A DNA stretch of 64,000 bases, from contig OX597815.1 of NCBI GenBank assembly GCA_951406725.2, positions 122,512,001 through 122,576,000 on the forward strand, read 5' to 3'. Source of the stretch: Octopus vulgaris. Taxonomy: Eukaryota. The notes beneath the pieces were generated by a model. It did no database searches. It was not told where the DNA came from and worked only from the letters and a program-made list of their open reading frames with translations. Position numbers and translations under genes: made by a program. Positions 57,428 to 64,000 of this stretch are shown in pieces. Numbering within the stretch: the first letter of the stretch is position 1; each line of letters begins with the position of its first letter.

Positions 57428-59586
57428 AACGGGAAGCTTTATGAAAATAAACAAAAGACGAAGGCAGGTGGAAAACAAACGAACAATTGTATTAGTATGG
57501 CGCTCAGGAAATATAAATAAAACAAGTCTTTAATGTTTCGAGCCTACGCTCTTCAACAGAAAGATACACAGAGAGAGAAAAACACAGAAAGAAGGAGAGA
57601 AAAAAAATGCGTGCAGTAGCTAATGAATCAACATGGCGATCTGATTTCGGCCAGAGGTCAAAGATCAAACATGAGACGCGAGAGCGAAATAAGGGGAGAT
57701 AATAGGGTTGATAAAAGGGTTGAGGGACCAGCTAAAAGTGCATGGGAGGGGTCTGGATGTGTGTATGTATAGGGTTGGTGTATGTATTAGTATGTATAAG
57801 GGTGTGTGTGTGTGTGTGTGTGTGTGTATGAGAGAGTATTAGTGCGTAAGATTGGTCTGGACGTGCGTATGTATGGGGTTGGTGTATGTATTAGTATGTA
57901 TTAGTACGTATTGGTATGTATAGGTGTGTGTGTGTGTGTGTGAGAGAGTATAAGTGCGTATGCGGCGTCTGGACGTGTGTATGTATAGGGTTGGTGTAAG
58001 TATTAGTATGTACTAGTATGTATTAGTACGTATTAGTAGGTATTAGTTGGTGTGTGTATTAGTATGGCACATCATATGTGATGTGATGTGTAAAGTCATG
58101 TGGTGTAGTGAGGAGAAGAGGGGGAGGGGGAGAAGAGGGGGAGGAGAAGGGGGAGAGGAGAGGATGGGGGAGAAGGAAGGGGATGAGGGGGATGAAGGAG
58201 GAAAGAGGGAGAGGGGGAGAGAGAAGGGGAGAGAGGGAGTGAGGGAGCAGAGGGAAGGGGAAGAGGGAGGGAGAAAGAGGGAAGAAGGGAAGGGGAGTAG
58301 GGGTGAAAGGATGAAGGACTGAAGAAGTAGGGGTCGGGGGGAGAAAGGATAGGTGAGGAGGGGGGTGAGGTTAGATGAGGAGGGGGGAGAGTTGAGACCA
58401 AATGACGTATAAGAGCGAAGAGAGAAGATTAATTCCTGTTCACGGCGCAAACGGGAATCCGGATGGCCTCTGTGTAAGGACAAACCGAACACAGATAGGT
58501 GTTGCAAGGAGTGACCGGTGGAGCGGAAATGGCGTGAGACCGGTGTGTCGTTCGCAAGGTGGATGTCACGAAGGTGTTCCGCGAACCAGTCAGCCAAGCA
58601 GCGTCCCGTTTGTCCGATGTACAAGGAATTGCAGAGAGAGCAAGAGATGCAATAGATAATATTGCTGGAGGTGCAGGTGAAGGAGTGGATGATGGGATAG
58701 GGTCGATGGTGGGTGCTAGTGAGGCGGGTGGTGTTGGAGATGTAAGGGCAAGTGCGGCAACGTGGGCGGGAGCAGGGGAACGAGCCGGGTTGGGAGGTAG
58801 GGTCAGGGAAGGAGCTATGGACCAAAAGGTCTCGAAGGTTGTGGGCTCGTTTGAAAGAGGGGAGGGGTCGGTTAGGGAAGAGGTGTGAAGTGGACGGGTC
58901 GGACTGGAGATGACGGAAAGCTCGAAGAATGGTGCGTTGGAGACGTAGGGTCGTGGGGTGGTAAGTGAGGGGAAAAGGGAAGCGGGAGACTACAGGGCGG
59001 GTTCGGGGAGAGAGAGCAGATACACGGTCCACGGACCGTGCTCTGGCAAGGGCGGTGTGGATAGTGGTGAGGGGGTATCCACGTAGGGTGAAGTGGTGAG
59101 CCATACGTTGAGACTGAGTCTCAAAGTCATGGTCGTCACTACAGAGCCTACGTAGACGGAGGAATTGGGAATAGGGGATGGAAAGCTTGGTGTGTTCTGG
59201 GTGGGAGGAAGAGAAGTTGAGGTATGAGTGTGAGTCTGTGTGTTTGTAGTGAATGGAGGTGGTAAGAGTGGAGTGAAGAATGCTAACCGAAATGTCGAGG
59301 AAGGAGACAGAGGTGTTGGAGATAGTGGAAGTGAAGTGGAGGGCTGGATGGAAAGATTGGACGAAAGAGAGGAAGGAATCTAGATGTTCGCGGGAGAGTG
59401 AGGTGGCACTGATAATGTCGTCAATATAACGACCATATAGTTCAGGAGTGGGACCAGTGAAATTAGAGAATATTTGGGCCTCAACATAGCCAACGAACAG
59501 GTTCGCATAGTTGGGGCCCATTCGCGTTCCCATGGCCACTCCCGAGACCTGATGGTAGAACTCGCCCGCGAAAGAGAAGCAGTTCA

Positions 59587-59587
<1 letters not shown>
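57428..59587 (-). mobile_element. 5'-truncated Penelope-like retroelement in a (TA)n tract
   Basis: RT + GIY-YIG ORF, followed by a low-complexity spacer and a terminal-repeat-like segment (57428-57640) that recurs at 60368-60570; flanked by TA arrays. Confidence 0.88.
58370..59585 (-). CDS. Penelope-like reverse transcriptase (C-terminal part) / GIY-YIG endonuclease, 5'-truncated
   Basis: Motifs GVAMGTRMGPNYANLF, YGRYIDDI, FLDISV, SSHPEHTKLSIPYSQFLRLRRLCS, CSRPRCRTC, CTSSNIIYCISCSLCNSLYIGQTGR, REQELI...GLN; frame uninterrupted. Confidence 0.9.
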
Positions 59588-59639
<52 letters not shown>

Positions 59640-59657
59640 GATATATTAATATATATA

Positions 59658-60367
<710 letters not shown>

Positions 60368-60570
60368 AACGGGAGGGTTTACGAAAATAAACAAAAGACA
60401 AAGGCAGGTGGAGTACAAACAAAAAAAATGTATTAGTGTGGCGCTCAGGAATAGAAATAGAACAAGTCTTTTATGTTTCGAGCCTATGCTCTTCGACAGA
60501 AAGATACACAGAAAAAAAACAAGGAGAGAAACAAGAAGAGAAAAAAATGCGTGTAGGAGCTAACGATCTA
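60368..60570 (-). mobile_element. Second Penelope terminal-repeat fragment
   Basis: Close copy of 57428-57630 (aacggga...aaataaacaaaagac...ggcgctcaggaa...gtttcgagccta.gctcttc). Confidence 0.8.
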
Positions 60571-60610
60571 ATATGTATATATATGTATATATATATATAT
60601 GTATGTATAG

Positions 60611-60675
<65 letters not shown>

Positions 60676-60747
60676 TATATAACATATATATACACATATA
60701 CATATATATATACACATATATATACACATATACATATATATATATAC

Positions 60748-60788
<41 letters not shown>

Positions 60789-60803
60789 TATATATATATA
60801 CAC

Positions 60804-60890
<87 letters not shown>

Positions 60891-60901
60891 TACATATATA
60901 T

Positions 60902-60962
60902 ATTAGACATGGCTTGGGCCAATAATGGCTGAAACCTATCAAAGTATCAAAGTATCAAAGTA
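60902..60962 (+). mobile_element. Extreme 3' end of the (TATCAAAG)n-tailed LINE
   Basis: ttagacatggcttgggccaataatggctgaaacc(tatcaaag)3. Confidence 0.75.
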
Positions 60963-60977
60963 TATATACACATATAC

Positions 60978-61066
<89 letters not shown>

Positions 61067-61295
61067 TATACATATATATATATAATATAAACCTTTACAT
61101 AAATAAATAATGTGAAATACATGAAGGGACGAACATAAGAGACAGACGGGTCATTCAAAGCCTTCGTTCTTCAGTCAGAAACTGATTCCTCATCACAGAT
61201 TTCGGCTGTTTAATTCTGAGATCTGCTCTGAATCGGCCAGCCACAGAAGGAAAGAATATATATATACACATATATATATATATATACACATACAC

Positions 61296-61329
<34 letters not shown>

Positions 61330-61359
61330 ATATACACATATACATATATATATATACAC

Positions 61360-61400
<41 letters not shown>

Positions 61401-61569
61401 TATATACACATATACATATATACACATATACATATATATATATATACACATATACATATATATACGCATATACATATATATATATATATGTACACATATA
61501 CATATATATATACACATATACATATATATATACACATATACATATATATATATATACACATATATATAT

Positions 61570-61772
61570 AGGGTTCAAGAAGTCTTTGGACAGATTCCTT
61601 CAAGAAATCCCGGATAAACCCCCTACACCCGGATATGTCTCTGTAAACAATAACTCTCTACTTGAGTGGGCCATAGTGCCCAAATTCTGACTTGAAAGAC
61701 TTCACCAGGTGGTGCTATTAAGTTAGACATGGCCTGGGCCAATAATGGCCGAAACCTATCAAAGTATCAAAG

Positions 61773-61773
<1 letters not shown>
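61570..61773 (+). mobile_element. CR1/L2-group LINE 3' end with (TATCAAAG)n tail
   Basis: Reads [32 protein letters not shown]... (FK..LD..L C-terminal motif), then a short 3'UTR and an octamer tandem tail. Confidence 0.7.
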
Positions 61774-61808
<35 letters not shown>

Positions 61809-61841
61809 TATATATATATACACATATACATATATATACAC

Positions 61842-61886
<45 letters not shown>

Positions 61887-61903
61887 TATATATATATACA
61901 CAC

Positions 61904-61940
<37 letters not shown>

Positions 61941-62019
61941 CACATATACATATATATATATACATATACACATATATATATATATACACATACACATATA
62001 TATACACACACATATACAC

Positions 62020-62088
<69 letters not shown>

Positions 62089-62412
62089 TAAGTGAACTTA
62101 TGCACAGAAACATGGATACACAAACAAAATGTAAGAGTTGGAAATTATATTAAAATCTACTTTACATAGTTCAAACTTTATCTCACTTGGAACTCAAAAA
62201 CATAGGAAGAATGGATAGATATGTTTGTTATATCAAAAGTTGAGCCAACTTTAAAACTTTGCACCAGGGCAGGCTGCACATGAAACTGTCAACTTTAATA
62301 TAATAAATATATCTATTAGTCTGTTTATCAGTCTATCTATGTGTATATATACATATTATATTTTTATATATCTATCTATATATATATATAGATTCATACA
62401 TACACAGGTGTG

Positions 62413-62445
<33 letters not shown>

Positions 62446-62526
62446 GTATATATACATATATATATATATGTGTATATATATATATGTATATATACATATG
62501 TATATATACATATATGTATATATACA

Positions 62527-62594
<68 letters not shown>

Positions 62595-63032
62595 TATATA
62601 TATGTGTGTATATATATATATATATTTATATTCACATTTGTTTTATGTTACAGTAAAAGTGTTAACAGCAAACAACATGAGGACAAATATCCATCAAACG
62701 TAAATAATGTACATAATTCCTCATCTCTTAAATATAGAACTGTAAAAGTAATTTTACAATAAACTAACGCATTACTAATATGTTTGGTAGAGTACCAATT
62801 TATTGTTCTATAACAAGAATATTACTGACTGTGACTTTGAAAATTTGGCCAACTAAGCCATCATCAGCCAGTCTGATGATAGATTGCCTGGATGGACAAA
62901 ACTTCAAAGTTGCTGTCAATACTATTCTTTTTAAAGATATATATATATATTTTGAAGAGGTCACAGGTCAGCAGGTTTTGGGGCCTTATGTGTGAGAAAC
63001 CCAGGGTAAACCCATAAACCGGCCTACTGCAC

Positions 63033-63076
<44 letters not shown>

Positions 63077-63194
63077 GTGTGTGTGTGTGTGTGTGTGTAT
63101 ACATATATATCTATATATGTATGTTTATATATATATGTATATATATATATGTGTATATATATATATATGCATATATATGTGTACATATATATGT

Positions 63195-63258
<64 letters not shown>

Positions 63259-63379
63259 AATGTATGAAATTAGGTATGTTAATTCATTATAAATCATGAT
63301 ATTAGAGAATGTAAAACCTAGAATTTTTAATGATTTAGTTGATTTAGCTGTATTGTTTATATATATAAAGATTGTGTGT

Positions 63380-63960
63380 TACAAATTTTAATCTTTGATG
63401 TGTATAGTGACACAGGTTGTTAAAAGAATCCTATTTTTGAAATCATTGTTGATGGAAGCAATGAATGTTTTGGATGAGCTTTCTAGATTAATTATGGATG
63501 AAATGTTTAGGAAAAGTGAAATGTAGTATCACCAGCATAAAACTGTGATTTGTTATAAATAACAACAAGTCATTAATGCACAGAAGGAAGAGTGTGGGAA
63601 GGAATCATAACCAAACCTTAGAGAACACCATTGTTAAAATTAATAGAATATGATCTGGACAGAGCTGTGTTAGCTTGAAATTTATGTGCATAGAGGATAA
63701 CAATAGAAGGAAGTGAATTGGGACAGATGACAATAATAAAAGAAATCAGAGAGCAATAGATATAAAAGAGTGATTTAGAGCAACAAGGAACAGAAACTTT
63801 GAGCAAGAGTGATCAGAAGTCTTTGTTCTTAATAATCAACTAGTGAAGATTTGTGATGTGAAAGTGGATTTTATGTAAGAATGGGCATAACCTTTCAGAG
63901 GAAAATTTAAATATAAGGTGTAGCCTGGACAGCAAAGAGATGGATTAAAAACATATATTT
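63380..63960 (-). mobile_element. Decayed non-LTR (CR1/L2-like) RT fragment
   Basis: The minus strand gives, in RT order, ISLLS (~63935), NNGVL*G (~63620; GVPQG-like) and YAGDTTF (~63530; YADD-like). Confidence 0.45.
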
Positions 63961-64000
63961 GTTTCCAGAAAATGAATTTGATTCGCATGTTTATAGATTG

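Overview
AT-rich, microsatellite- and retroposon-laden animal genomic DNA; the SINE/RTE/Penelope repertoire and (TA)n density suggest a cephalopod, probably Octopus (inference). The window lies inside a very large minus-strand gene that encodes an E/K/I/T/V/P-rich (titin/PEVK-like composition) protein. No folded domain is visible, so the gene is not named. The first ~44.5 kb is a tandem array of three homologous modules (the 3'-most one runs off the left edge). In transcription order each module has: (i) two conserved non-coding AG|GT sites, where a 3' splice site is fused directly to a 5' splice site like a recursive-splicing ratchet point; (ii) a giant phase-1/phase-1 exon (7,986 bp; 16,179 bp; >776 bp) built from a 1,206-bp super-repeat plus a variable number of 138-bp (46-aa) units, ~98 extra in the largest; (iii) in the two complete modules, a 170-181-nt intron and a conserved stop exon encoding only A-Q-stop. 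This suggests an array of alternative giant C-terminal ends of very different length. The remaining ~20 kb is intron-like. It holds a young 5'-truncated Penelope-like element (RT + GIY-YIG), hammerhead-ribozyme-like motifs, palindromes, tRNA-derived SINEs, RTE and CR1-type LINE fragments and long (TA)n arrays.
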